A DNA stretch of 64,000 bases, taken from Octopus bimaculoides. Its lineage: Eukaryota. Location of the stretch: the NCBI RefSeq assembly GCF_001194135.2, contig NC_068998.1, positions 17,520,746 to 17,584,745 on the forward strand. Reading direction: 5' to 3'. The notes under the pieces were generated by a model. The model had not been told where the DNA came from, searched no databases, and saw only the letters and a program-made list of their open reading frames with translations. A program made the translations under genes and the position numbers. Of this stretch, positions 14,236 through 28,735 are shown one piece after another (position 1 is the stretch's first letter; every line of letters starts with the position of its first letter).

Positions 14236-15826
14236 TGAACTTAGTAATGACAATATATTTCAGTGGAAATATGGAAACAAAAGGGTTAAATTCATAAGAA
14301 AATGAGGAAGTCTCTATGTGATCACTGAACTTGTTAAAACAGTAGCTAAACCTCTCTCAAATTACATCTTGTGTTAAAAAGGGGAAGGATACATTAGGTA
14401 ATGCACTACTAGCTGCTCCTAAAAAGTGTAGGCTGGAATTCTTTTGATGACAGGACTGCTTGAGGAAAGCTGCCTTGATTCTAAACAACAATAACCTTTC
14501 TTACATTGTTAACAGAAGTTAGTGCTTTTGTTGATAGCATAAGATATTATTTGTTATTGTTTAGCTCCTAGCAGATCTATGGTCAAAGACATTCCAGTCA
14601 TGACCATTCAGAATACTCTATCCATTTTTTTTAAAGTGGCTGGGTATGATTTGAGAGAGATTTGCTAATTCTAACAGGTCAAGTGTCTATGTAGGGGCGT
14701 CTCATTCATTCAAATTATTTTATGAATGAATTACAAGTTAGCTGAGACAGTTGTATAATAGATTGAATGTTATCCATTGGGTGTTAAATGTAAATTTAGA
14801 AAATATATAATAGTTGGTGCTTCATGAAAGCATATAAAAGACAAAGATTCTGGTATGGGCACATTATAAATGAATGATGTGTTGAGCAAAAATGTACATG
14901 GGATAGATAAGATATAGAGATAGGCTGAGCAAGTCATAGGAAAAGCAATTAGATCAGGTTTGTGAAAGATAGGCAAAGTAAGATAAAGGTAAATAAAAGA
15001 ACAAATTTAAAGTTAAATCAAAGATAATTCAACAAAAAGAAAGAATTTTTAAAAATCTTCTTTCACTGACTGTTGATATATTACAGCAAATTAAACATGT
15101 ACAGTAAACATGTACAATTGCTTACATTTCCTAGATCTAAAAAAACTGTAAAGTGTTTGGTATTGTTACTGTCTGTTCTTTTGTGATAAGAATAAATAAT
15201 TTTATGCTGTAAAAAGATGAGCTTAACTTCAAAGTAATATTTTAGAATAAGAATTTCAATTTATTTTTAGATTTATTCCTACAGTGGTTTTTGTTATCCA
15301 TTTTTTTTTCTTGTTTCTTTTTCCCCAACATATGTTGAGGTGGTAAACGAAAATTACATTTACATGTACTTGTTAAATATGTTAGGCATAAAATTTTTAA
15401 CTGTTATCCAAAGTGGTTTTTACATATGAATTTTTATGAATTATTTTAAGGTAAAATGCCAGAAAGTAGAATAGTGTTTTTGGACTTACTTGACTTTATT
15501 TTTGGTAAGTAAAGAAGATGCTTATGATTTAAGACCAATAGGAAAGGGTGAATGTCATAACCATATATCAATAGCAAGAATTCAGGGGTGGAAAGGATTA
15601 GAAGTGAGAGGAAATAATTCTGAAATTCACAAATGTATATGCTTGCATGCATTAAAGGTTAACTAAATACAGTAATAGACCATTTAATCTGACTTGCTTG
15701 AAAAAATACTTTGAAAACATTCTGGCTTCATTCATTGTTTTTATAATTCAATGAACACTTTAGATTTCTTGGAAACCTTATATTTCACTAAATCTTAATA
15801 TTTCTTATATTTTTCATAATAGAAAC

Positions 15827-15871
<45 letters not shown>

Positions 15872-17225
15872 NNNNNNNNNNNNNNNNNNNNNNNNNNNNN
15901 NNNNNNNNNNNNNNNNNNNNNNNNNNNNNNNNNNNNNNNNNNNNNNNNNNNNNNNNNNNNNNNNNNNNNNNNNNNNNNNNNNNNNNNNNNNNNNNNNNNN
16001 NNNNNNNNNNNNNNNTGATTAATGAAGCTTTGCTACTTTTGTTTCTAGACAATGGGACATACTACAAATAATCACTGTCAAAACTATTTGATAGATTTCA
16101 TTTATTTTTTTCAGCTTTTCTTTTTTCGTTGCTTTTGAAATTATCAGATTTTCTTTATTTTTATTGCCTGTTCATAAATAAGCCCAGCAGTATATTTATC
16201 TATAAAACTAAAGGAAGCCAAGAAAAGAAATGAAGCATAGTTATTTAGTGAAGTTATTATGTAAGAATGTTTTTCAAGAAAATAAGTTATTGATTATGTG
16301 TAGTGATGTCAAATGACCTGTTCATGAAATAAAGTTATAAATTTTAAGCCTTCTTATTTCTTTTTTCTGCTTTTTTCTGCTTTTAAAATTAAGAAAACAA
16401 ATTTGGCAATTTTAGAAATAGCCATAAACTATTACATTAAATGTAGGTTTCAAATCTTGCTTTAACAGAAGCTGATAAACAAATTGTTCATATGAGGGGA
16501 AAGACAGAAACAGTCTAGGGAATACTACCATTATGGGATGCATTTAAAATATAGCACTTTACACTATTTTCCTGAACAACTTAGCTGAAAATAGCTACTA
16601 TTCCCACTTGATAATTTAAAAATTGAGATAAAGTAGAGCATCCATTTGTAACCTTTTCATGTTAACAGCAGTTAATATAAATATCTAAAATGGACAGAAG
16701 TGCTCCAAAAATTGAAATTTAAAAAAAAATTGCGATTTGTTCTTAATAAATTATTGATGCTGCCTTCGTAGTTAAATTTATGAAGGTTTATTTCAGTTGA
16801 TATTTTTGCACAACAAAAAAAGTTGGGCCCTCCATCACAGTAAATGCAAAGTTTATTTTGTAAGACAGAAAGAAGGTATAGTTCATCTCCACCTCAATGT
16901 ATTTCTGTGTACTCATTTCCTATAATTTCATTATTCTTGAAAAGCAAATTTTGCTCCAGTTAACAATTCATTTCAACCTAGATATAGTAAAGCATTTAAA
17001 ATAATTATCTGCTGTGTATACCAATTCCGTTATAAAGTTGACTAAATATTAAATCTTTGAATTTCAGCTATGTTCAATTATCTTGTGTTTTGACACATTG
17101 TAAGAAAAATCTACAAATGTGATTAAGAACTTTATTCTAAATTGCATAAAATAGTAGTAGTTTTGATCTATTATTGCATTACCTAATACTTGCAATGCAT
17201 TTGAACTCTGGTATTAGAAAAAAGT

Positions 17226-17640
17226 GTTAGGCGAGGAGTTCCGCGACGACAACGGCTGCTGCTGCTGCAGCAACGGAACAGTGCGCGACTGCAGTTAGAA
17301 GTCTTAGGGAAGAATTAAAATGCACTACTTCTAGGAATGTGGCCAAGGTTGATGAAGAATGATAATGAAGTGTTAACTTGATATCAAAACATCAGTAAAG
17401 ACTACACCTGTATTAAAGAGAAGTAAATAGAAAGGCAAGAGTAACAACCCAATCAAAAGGAATCTTTTTAACTGAGAGGACCTACATGACTACCAATTGA
17501 TTGAAACTGCAAATAGGTAATTAGTGAAAAAAGAATAGGCTGATCTGAAGTGACAACTTCAGGCAAGTTTCAGTCTTATTAGACCTCTTCAGTGAACCAT
17601 AATCATCCATGTGACTACTAGATTAATAAAGAGATAAAAG
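17226..17640 (-). mobile_element. Putative Penelope-like element terminal repeat relic with a degenerate hammerhead motif (17557-17598)
   Basis: Minus strand GGTTCA-CTGAAGA-GGTCT-AATA-AGACT-GAAAC-TT-GCC-TGAAG; CpG-rich (CAG/CTG)n islet at 17230-17295. Confidence 0.45.
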
Positions 17641-19380
17641 AATATATATATGCATTTATAAAGATTGCACATACACTTTTTATTTCTCAAGATGTCACTT
17701 TTCAGCACACCACTGCAATCTGGGTCACCAATACAGTTCTATTTTGTCAATGGTCAGATTGTAGTGGTGTAATGAAAATTTTGGTACTTTGAGAAATAAA
17801 TGAAAATCATAGTCTTAGACCATGTCACTCACCAAATAAGTACAACTCCAATTTTTTTTTTCTATTTAGTCACTTGTAATATCATATCAAAATATGGTAT
17901 AGATGATCAATAACTCTTCCATTATGTAAATTTTAAACTACTCAGAATACTTGAATAATTTTAATAACAATTTCTCAACGGAATCACTATTTGAATTGAA
18001 GTTAACAAGTTGTGTGAAACTTAGCATTAAAAATGGCCCTATTGAAACACGCAAAGACACTGTCATATATTAATATCCTTTAGCTCTTGGTGTATGGTCT
18101 TGTTAATATAGGCTAAATTCCCTGTTAAGAGAATAGAGAAATGGAAATTTCTGCTGATTTCTCTGTTGGTTCAAATATGTCTAATCTGTCCTTTTTCCAC
18201 TCACTCAATCAAGAATACATTTCTCTTTTACCATTCTTTCAGCAATGATCTCTTCTCCTAAATTTTCAATTTTAACCACTTATATTCCTACCATATTTAT
18301 TTCTCAATTTCTTTGCATTCTCAACTGAATCAGTGTATTTCAATAGAACTTCCTCTGCATATTCCCCCCAAAGAATTCTGAAAAACATATTTAGTGACAA
18401 CAAGACACACAAAAGCATTTCAATGGAAAAAAATAAATGGAGATTTTCTGCTCTTCATGAGCAGTTCTAGCTTTAAAGAATCTCATTCACTAGACATATT
18501 AAAACTCTCTCCAACAAACTTATTTTATTTCTTAGAAACTTGTCAATTTCAATAAACTTAGTTGAAGAAATGTAATTTCCCTTGGGAATGTGAAAAAAAA
18601 AAAAGTGCTTTAATTCTTGAATATTTGTTGCCTAAGACCTAAATAAACTGCTTTTGTATCTGGAAGAGTACAATTCTTTAATAAGCAGCTTACTATCTAT
18701 TGCAGCTTGATATAAATATTGGAAAGTAATGTAAAACAACAAAAATGTACACAATAGCCAAATTTTATTTAAACAGGAAAGAATCTGAAATACATGTTTG
18801 CTGCTAAATAAATCATTACAAGAGATAAAAGGAAAAGATTTTGTTTTGTTTTGTTCTTAAGTTAAAGAAAGCAAGTCATTTGTAGCTACCCTGGTGTGAC
18901 ATTCATGTAAAAGCATGACACTGAACAATTATAAGCTGCACTACATGTATACTATAACATGGGGTATCAGTAAATAATACACATAACATTCATCATCTGA
19001 CTTATTTTCAGAAAGTAATCTAAAATATTAAACTCTGATAAATGTCTAAAGTGTTTTTTTCATAGAAAATACTCCTGTGCGATGTTGCTCACATGGTTTT
19101 GTGTTAATTTTTTCTTTTTCTTTTTTATTACCTTAAAAAGCATTTATGGCTTTTAAAAGGTGGTTGAAGCACTTGAATATCTGGAATCATTTTTTAAAAG
19201 CCTCACTCAAAAATGAACAGAAAATTATGTAACACCATTGTCCACAAAGAGTATTTTCTATCAAGTTCTTTTTTTTTCAAATAGTTCTGTTCAAACTAGA
19301 TTTCAGTGATCAGAGGCAATTATACTTTAAAGCTGAAAAATTTGACTATCTTTAAACAAATTGATAAAATTTATAATTAT

Positions 19381-19690
19381 AGGCGCAGGAGTGGTTGTGT
19401 CGTAAGTAGCTTGCTTACCAACCACATGGTTCTGGGTTCAGTCCCACTGCGTGGCACCTTGGCCAAGTGNNNNNNNNNNNNNNNNNNNNNNNNNNNNNNN
19501 NNNNNNNNNNNNNNNNNNNNNNNNNNNNNNNNNNNNNNNNNNNNNGTTCCCGTAACTTAGCGGTTCGGCAAAAGAGAACTGATAGAATAAGTACTAGGCT
19601 TACAAAGATAAGTCCTGGAGTCGATTTGCTTGACTAAAGGCAGTGCTCCAGCATGGCCACAGTCAAATGACTGAAACAAGTAAAAGAGTA
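19381..19690 (+). mobile_element. tRNA-derived octopus-type SINE (contains assembly gap)
   Basis: tRNA-like head with GGTTCAGTCC B-box-like motif and the shared tail gactaaaggc.gtgctccagcatggcc.cagtc.aatgactgaaacaagtaaaag found in other copies here. Confidence 0.85.
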
Positions 19691-20873
19691 TACTATGAAA
19701 GTTAAAATTACTTTGATCTACTTATTAACAGGAATTTTGAAATTTCAAAAACACAATGCAGTTACAGTTTTAAAAAATATGTATGTTTGGAATATCCTTT
19801 TCAATCATAATCAATATATTAATGATGGTACTGGCTACACTGATCTATTGTACATCATTTTAGCAACTGTCTTGGTCTGTTGTCCTACTTTTTACTGAAC
19901 AACAATTTCATCATAATACTCATATATACCAGCATTATCATGGGATAATGTAAGACACTAATCAGTTCTGTGAAAGGAAGAGACAACAGCTTGGCATAGT
20001 AAAGGTAAACTATACCAGCTAAACAACAGGCTTGGAAAGTTTGAAATAAAAAGGGCAGCAAGTGAAATATCAAGCATCTGATAAAACAAAAGAGATTTGC
20101 AAATATTCTACACCATGAGGATGATTGACACAAAATGTTCTAAAGTGCAAAGTAGCATATTTATATAAACTGAGATGTCATTGAGAGGTGTGCCTGAAGT
20201 GATGCAGGTTCACTTGAATTTTCTATGGTAACCTGCCACTGTGGTAGTGGAAAGAAAGAGATGTATAAGTGCTACTATGAGAAGTTGCTGAATGAAAAGT
20301 ACTAGTGGGATAGTGAAGGATTACTCAGTCAATCAATTGTAATACCGCTTCCTACATCTTAGTTTTCTTCTATGGATACTCTATTGAAAGCTCATGGTAC
20401 TTTATCACCCAACACTTTTTGTCCACTCATTTATGTTCACATCAGTGCAGTTACTGCTCCTTCACAATTTAGCTGATGTTTTTAAGCCCACTTATGGTCA
20501 GTCCCTCATGCATACTAATATTACATTTGCTACACACCTGCTAATTCTATTTCTCTTTCTACAGATCTACATCCTCTCTATATGTTGTCTTGCTATATAG
20601 TATCTATATATTTCTTTCACTTGCTTCATATAGGGTCTCGCTGAAAGAGGGAACTTCTTACTATTATTAACCTTCAAATTGGTTTTGATTAAGCAGTCCT
20701 ATGGCCTGTAGTTGGTAACAAACAACTAGGCACATGATTCACAGATTCAGTATTCAGTCAGTGTTTAGAGTACCATAGTGCTGTTTATTAGTGGTGTGAT
20801 GATGAGGCATTTATTGGTTGTTGTGTACAACTAGCATACATCTATGCCCATTTTGTCTTTTTTTTTTCTAGGG

Positions 20874-21135
20874 CAGTGGTTTACAGTTTTTTACAATTTT
20901 CAAAAAATCACAGAATTCATATTTTACAGACATCACCCCACTTTAATTTTGATAAGACATTAAATGAAACAAAAACTAATTTAGAGAGAATTTATTCATA
21001 TAAAAACATATAACAACATTACTTTAAAACGCTGAATATCATTTTTATAGAAAATAATTTTTGATTAAATTTAATTTTTAAAAAAAACCTTGCAGAACCC
21101 CAAAATATTTTCATGGAGCAGCTTGAGAAACACTG
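20874..21135. mobile_element. hAT (Charlie-like) MITE
   Basis: Imperfect TIRs CAGTGGTTTAC...GAGAAACACTG; flanks ttctaggg and atctagga (degenerate 8-bp TSD). Confidence 0.6.
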
Positions 21136-22374
21136 ATCTAGGATATAACATTTGAAGAGATATGGATTTTTAAGTGATATTTGTCTGATATTTCCAGCAG
21201 GTTAACTAATGGCAACTAGGTTATCAACATAAGTTCTTGAGTTCAACCAGTTTCGAATTTTTGTTATGGCCTCAAAAAATAAAGAGACTGAACTGAGGAC
21301 TGTACTCTGGTGGACACCCACTTGCATATTGAATTCTTAACTAAACTCACTCCAGCTCCTTGAATCTTGCTAACTCTGCCCTTGTATATGACCTCAGTCA
21401 GTATCTCAACTGAAAATATGACGTGTGTAGTTTTGTTTTCTAACTTGAGCCTAAACAGCATCTTATCCAGACTCACATTCTTAACTAGCTTTGTGAAAAT
21501 TCTGAGCCATCTCTGATTGCCCTGTCCATTGCATCTCTCTTACTTTGTACCAATTGATATTACTACACAAGACAGAGGAGATAGCATCTTTCTGCACTAC
21601 TTATTTTAGTGAATAGCTAACATTTGACACAAATTGAATTATATCTTCTTCATATCAGCTATCATCACTAGTTAAGGTGCAGCACTTCCTGTTTTCATTC
21701 CTCTTAATAGCCTTACTATCCTGATGTTAACCTCAGCTGGATCAACCCTGAACAGTCCTTTGTTACCTCACTCATACTTTTGTCACCAGCTTATCATAGT
21801 AGCACTTTCATGTTTCCTTCTTTCCACTACCATAGAAGTCAAGTGCATCTATACACACTTCTCCTCAATGACATCTCAATTCATATAAATATGCTGCTTT
21901 GCATTTCAGAATATTTCCTGTTACTAATCCTCACAGTGTAGAATATTTGCAAATCCCTTTTGCTTAAGTATATTTGAGGTCTTGCTTCCTGCTTGATATT
22001 TCACTTGCTACCCTTTTATTTCAAGCTTTCTAGGCCTGTTGTTCAACCATCATAGTTTCACTATCACCACCTCTAGCTGTTGTCTCCCTCATACACAGGA
22101 CTGACCAGAGGTATACAGCAAATTGTCCTATTGGAATGCTTGTAATGGGAATGACTACAATGTGTCTGAAATATGGAAATGTCATGTGAAGTCCATATTT
22201 CATTAAAAACTTGTAAGGAAAACAAGTTTCAAGTTTTACTTATCACATATAAATTTACCTTCAGTGCTTTCAAATAAGCTTCTTCAACCTTTTGTACTGG
22301 ATGTATTTTTGTCTGTTTTTGTTTATTTTTTTTTCTTCTTCTAGAGGAATACCTTGTAAATAGAAAGATATATT

Positions 22375-22715
22375 TTCTTTATCTTTTACTTGTTTCAGTC
22401 ACACTGGGGCACCACCTTGAAGAATTTTTAGTTGAATGAATTGACCCCAGTACTTTTTTTGTAAGCCTGGTACTTATTCTATCAGTTTCTTTTGCTGAAC
22501 CACTAAGTTATAGGGATGTAAACACATCAACGCCAGTTGTCAAGCGATGGTGGGACACACACACAATGGGCTTTTTTTCAGTTTCTGTCAACCATATCCA
22601 CTCACAACGCTTTAGTCAGTCTGGGATTATAGTAGAAGACACTTGCCCAAAGTGCTACACAGTGGGATTGAACCTGGAACCATGTAGTTAGGAAGCAAAC
22701 TTCTTACTATACAAT
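22375..22715 (-). mobile_element. tRNA-derived SINE, same family as 19381-19690
   Basis: Reverse complement of the SINE head and tail (cttttacttgtttcagtca...gacacttgcccaa...gggattgaacc). Confidence 0.8.
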
Positions 22716-24559
22716 TGTGGGAAATATTTTTGCAAATTATGTATATTCTTATAACTTTAACTTTTTTTTTTTTTAACTTTCAACTGGAAATTTGATACTA
22801 AGCAGTTGAATTATTTTGGAAATATGAAAGTTCTGTATGATTTTATATATATATTAAATTTATAACATCATTTGTTTCTCTTTTATAGAGGAAATTAACT
22901 TGAAAAATTTTAACTCAAGAAAAATTTTAATGTTGCATAAGTATAACTTTCTGAATATGTATAAAATCAATTCTGACTTGTTTCTGTAAATAAATCAAAA
23001 TCTTTTACTCAGTATCCTCTATCTCGAGTAAAATCTGTTGAAAAAAGACTGATGTTTAGTTTTTATTGCCTACTCTTGTATAATTTTAACTGCATAAGCA
23101 CAGTTATCGTACCTATATATATTTCCATTATTTTCCTATTAATCTCTCAAAGAAATTATGTATAATGTGAATTGATAAACATCTAAAAAAAAACTTTTCC
23201 TGTATATATTTTCCTTCACTTTTACATGCTGGCTTAACATTTAGTATGAACAGCTAACTCTAGCAAAACGATGAATATATAAATACACTTGTAAATGTAT
23301 GAAATTATATGTTAAATAATTTTTCAGTTACATGTTATCTAATGTTTATATTATTTAGCCTTATCTATACCGTTAATGTTCATACTTATCAGATCATCCT
23401 GTTGCATAAGTAATGTAAATTTCAGATCCTATTAAAAGGTCAAAGAAAGTGAACTGACATTTTGTAAACTCTAATAAATATGTTGCATTGCTTTTCAAGG
23501 GACTACCAGTGGCTTCAATGTTATAGGTAATCTTTATATCATTTATAACACAGCCTTTACTTTGAAGTAAAATCGCTATACATTTATAAACATTAGATTG
23601 AAATGCCAATTGATTTCTTCATTTACTTTAACTAGATCAGTGATATTGTCTATTTTTGTACTAAGAATAACTCAGTACCAGAAATGAACTCTCCAAAGCA
23701 GTTTATCATGCCCCTTCTTTTGTAATCAGTTTGTGGTTGTCACTATTCCACTTTGGCTAATGTAACAGATGATTAGTTGTCACCCAATTCTCTACTTCAT
23801 GTGGTGCTTACATTTATGTTTCTTGTCATTATCGAAAGATGAGAGAATATTCATTGTCCAAAATAAAAGTGGCACAATGTAAGAATAATGCTGTTCAGTT
23901 GTCCAGGTAGACCTGGACAAACCAGTTCAACTATCCGGGGGCAGTTCAGACAACAGACATTATGGACAGAGGGCTGTAATTTGTTTTCCTGGAATCCCTG
24001 GTCCACAGCAGTCAATAGAGAGGCATGAGTTCGTCAGACCTTGTTGGCAGCCAGTTTATTATATTAATGAGACTTTTGAATCACACATAAACACACTTAT
24101 ATGAGTCATATATTTGCAAATGCTGCTTTGCAATCTTTTTTTTTCTTTTTCCTCCGCATGCTACAATAAATGAAGTAAGCTCTAATAAGTTAAAAGATTT
24201 ACAGGAACATTTATAGAGAGATGCTTTTACTAACTCTTCAACCATGAAATAGGAACGGTACCTATTGTCAACGTGAGAGATTCCTCAAAAGAGGGTAATT
24301 AGATTTGTCTGGGAGCAATTACATAAAAATATTTACTATTTGGGAAAAAAAAGTGTGTTTTTCTCATAAATTTACATATGCATGCATGCACAAGAACATT
24401 GTCTGGTGGTATATTTGGCTAAATTCAGCCATGAATAATGCATTTCTATTTGTGTTTAAGCATTTGTGTGTGGGTGTGTGCATATATGTGTATGTAGGTG
24501 TAATGTGTATATATGCTTATGCGTGTATGTGTATATATGTATGAGTGTGTGTATATTAA

Positions 24560-24714
24560 ATTTTGGATTAAAAAGGTATATCAAAGTCTAGCACGGGAAG
24601 ATCAAAGTAAACCACTCAGGCATAAACTTGAACAGATATAAGCTAATTGCTATCTGAATCTAGTTGAATATTCTTTTTTAAATTCTCTGAATGAAATATG
24701 TTCTTTGCCTGAAG
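24560..24714 (+). other. Candidate non-coding (5' UTR) exon
   Basis: Consensus donor GAAG|GTAAGT at 24715 in non-repetitive sequence. The start is not defined and the link to the SLC6-like gene is unproven. Confidence 0.2.
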
Positions 24715-25123
24715 GTAAGTTTTCCAGTTCAAGCTTCTGAAATATAATTTATTTTATATATTTATATATATTTTTTTCCTAAATTTTCTTGCAAATAAGA
24801 AATGTTTACAAATAGATCTTTCCTAAATATTGTTAGAATAAGTATACATTGATTGCTCCTTTCTTTTTTTCCTTCTTTATCATAGATGAAAATCTTAGAT
24901 TATTTCACAAATATGTATACATATTTATAGTGTTTGCATATATACATTCTTAATACTTCAACTTGTCATATTTAGTATGTCTTTCAACTACAAAAATAAG
25001 TCCAAAATATATTTAAAATAAAAATAGTTTTAATGAAAATATCTTTAATGGACTTGAAACATATCATCATTGTAATCATCTTCCATTAGGAATGCGACTA
25101 CATTGACTTTATTTTATATACAT

Positions 25124-25160
<37 letters not shown>

Positions 25161-26652
25161 NNNNNNNNNNNNNNNNNNNNNNNNNNNNNNNNNNNNNNNN
25201 NNNNNNNNNNNNNNNNNNNNNNNNNNNNNNNNNNNNNNNNNNNNNNNNNNNNNNNNNNNNTTAAACATTTTAAAGTTTTATGGTAAATATCACATTTTGT
25301 TTGAAAATTATACAGGAAATAAAAATCAAGATTGTAAAAACATTTTTCTCCCTTTTAGTATGTCTTCTCTCAGAACATAACAAGCTGATAACAAAATGTC
25401 TGAAATATAATTTCTTTCTATATTAGATACAAAAGTATTTAAGGATTTCAAAACTCTGAGAGTTAGCTTTCGAGTAGTTCGAATGCAACTTACATTTTAT
25501 ATCTGGTGCTATAAATTTGTCTTCAATTATTTTATAAAAGTAGAAATTTTTTTATATAATCTCACTATGTGGCCATGATTACAAATTGGAAATCTTTCAA
25601 GTTGGTGTAACTTTCCTGATGTATCAATACATTTACATTATTCAATCTTTCCATGTGTCATACATATGGCCATAGTGTCATACATATGATTTAGTGAGCT
25701 TTCAATGAATATACCAATATTTTCACATACAAAAGCTACACCCCTGTTGCATTCCTGTTCCTTGAAGCATTTTTAATTTTGCTAAAGTTAATTTAGTATA
25801 GTGGTTTGCTTCAATAAAAAAAAAAGTTGCAATATTGTAATATGCAAGATCTTCAACTAACTTTCAACTATCAACAAAATCGCTGGCATTGACTAATGTG
25901 ATGGTGGGGATGGGTGGTGGAACTTGCGATAAAATTTTACTGAAAAATCAATATAATAGTAATAACAGATATAAATTAGAAGAGTTGGGGGTTTTGTGGT
26001 TGGGTGTTCTTTAGCATCAAGTAGATACTGTGGCAACAGTAGAAGATTAAAAATAGATAGGAACTCAAATGTATAATATCAGAGGGATATTCTCTGCAGG
26101 AAAACAGCTGCTAACTTATATAACCACTCTACAGGCAAATTTTAGAGATTATTATAAAAATTTTTCAAATTAGATATGTATATTTTGCATGATTTATATG
26201 TTTCTCTCTTCTTTCTCTCCTCCCTCCCCCCTCTCTCTCTCTCTGTGTAAAATAAGAATGATAAAAATAAATGCTTGTAAAGGAATAAGAAGAGAAAAAA
26301 AAAGGAAAATAACAAGTTTCCTATACAAATTGCTAGTGATGCTGTGATTATAGTTTTGTTTTTGCTCTAGTAGAGTTCAACAAATGTAACTGATCACAGT
26401 AAAATGACTGAAGACTTGGTAAATTGATCTCTTGAAGTCAGTTAATTACAAGGTGAAAGTTTCTTCCTCAGTCACTATTATAATTTTTCTTCTTGTGTCA
26501 TAAAAGTATGTTTTACCTTTTTGAATTTGACTGTAATTAATTGCATATTCTATAGAAGTCTGGTTGGAAGCAATAGCTTCCGTTGCTTGTATCTGGTGAT
26601 TTTTATCATTGCAATGGCTCCTGCCTTCCGCCCTCTCTCTTTTCTCTTTATA

Positions 26653-26704
<52 letters not shown>

Positions 26705-26971
26705 ACATTATATACGCATACATAAATGTACATTATGTGTGTATAAAACAATAGGTATGCAATCTGAAGGGGGAGGATTTTATAACTTTTGGCTACAATG
26801 ACAACAGGATTAGTCGTATATTTAATTTAAATAACTTAAACTATTACACATACACACACTTATATAGGCATGTGCTCATACACACTTCCTTGATGTTGAA
26901 TCTCATAAATGACAATCTCAAGTGGAATATTCCATTCCAGAAGATGCTGGTAGGATATAACCTAGATTAGA

Positions 26972-27180
26972 TATTAGTTTCAAATTTTGGTACAAGGCCA
27001 GCAATTTGGTGGGAGGGAGTAAGTCAATTACGTCAACCCCTTATAATTTGAACTTATTTTATCACCCCCAAAAGGATGAAAGGCAAAGTCAACCTTGGTG
27101 GATTTTGAACTCAAAACATGAAGATGAAATGCCACTAAACATTTTGCCCAGCATGCTCATGATTCTACTAGCTTGCTGCC
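26972..27180 (-). mobile_element. Partial SINE (same family as 14071-14235)
   Basis: Shared gtacaaggccagcaattt...ggatgaaaggcaaagtcaacc...ttttgaactca segment. Confidence 0.7.
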
Positions 27181-28469
27181 TGACCTAGATTAAATATAAA
27201 CAAATATCTGTATTTCCTATACAAAATACAGTTTATATCGCTGCTGTATCACATTTATCTACTAACAACAACCTTACAGAGGAGTTAGTCATGTGGTCTC
27301 TCTATAATAGTTACCATATTTCTCCTGTTTCCATTTGTCTTCTCCACCCACTATTCCTGGGAGGGTCATGGGTGTAGAGTCTTCAAACACCACCTCCTGC
27401 ATCGGATCCTATCAGAAACAATTGTCATTAGATTTTCTGGTTGGATTCTCAAGCATGGCAAATTGAAACCAAAGATATTATTCAACCATATAGTTCTTGG
27501 TCTGTCACTATTGTTTAGCCCTAAATAATCTTTGACTGAACAAATCTATAATTAAAGATGTTTCAGCCATAATTATCTAGCATTTTTTTGTCCTGATATA
27601 ATGTACTTATGACAGCGTTATTCAATGTTTCCTTCATATTTTTAAAATAATAGGATATGATTTGGGAGAAATTTAGCTTCTATTTCTAGCAGGCTCCAGT
27701 AAATAGTATCTATATGCTTTCATTCCTCATGGAATTTATTACATATTATATTTCAAATGTAATTTTTATTTATGCTTATTGATTGCTAAGATAAATTGGG
27801 AAGATAAATTAGGCTTATTAATTGGTAAGATAAATCGGGAAGATAAATTAGGCAGAATTGATTAGAATTATTTCAATTTCTGTTGAAGCTGTACTAATTT
27901 CTTTTTAATTCAAAAATTGAAGTTTTTCACATAGAATCTCTTCTGCACAGCATATCATCTTCCATCTTCATGAGCAGAAATGTAAAATACTCTCATATTT
28001 TTTGTTGTGTTATTAGAATAATTAAGCCATCAAATAAGGATTTCTAATATAGGTGCAATGACACAATAGTTATTTTCCAGTGGTGGGTTATTGTTTGTTA
28101 AATCAATCGCAGTACTTCATTGGTACTTATGTTATCAACATGATGAGAGGGAGATTCAAGCATGGCAGGTTTTGAACTTGAGACATAACTTAATATTGCA
28201 AGGAATTTTAGCTTTCACTCTATTGGTTCTGGCAATCTAATTTTTAACATTGGCACAAAGCCAAATCTTTTGAGGGAAGTAGCATCAATTTAGTCAATCC
28301 CAGCATGACTGGTACTTTATTGATGCGTGACAAGATTGAAAGGTTTAAGTAGACCCTAGTAATGGCATAATTAAATTTTGGTTCTCAACATAGCTACAGC
28401 ACTTCAGATTTGCTGAGGAGAACATAGTTAATTATATTGACCACATTACATGATTAGAAGTGTATCTTA

Positions 28470-28735
28470 TCAACACTGGGAATGTGAATGACAAAATTGA
28501 CCACAGACTGAGTTTGTCCTGACTCTAGTCACTACACTCTCAGAACAGCTAACCCCATTACAAACTTGGTTACCTAGGTAGAGGAAACTAATAACTACTT
28601 CTAGTTTCTCCCCCTGGCATGTGGTCATTTGAAATCCCACCAAATACTGTATTCTTCCTGACTGAAAGTCATTTGAAATAGTCCAGGCTGATATATAAAG
28701 ACAGTCGCCACCCAAAATGTTCTTGTTGTGCACAT
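28470..28735 (-). mobile_element. RTE LINE RT fragment
   Basis: ORF 28470..28733: GEKLEVVISFLYLGNQV...SESVVTRVR, the RT 'F.YLG' motif. Confidence 0.75.

Noticed and set aside
12242-16052. Long ORFs containing X runs (also 47951-48424)
   Set aside because: They are open only because they run through N gaps and microsatellites.
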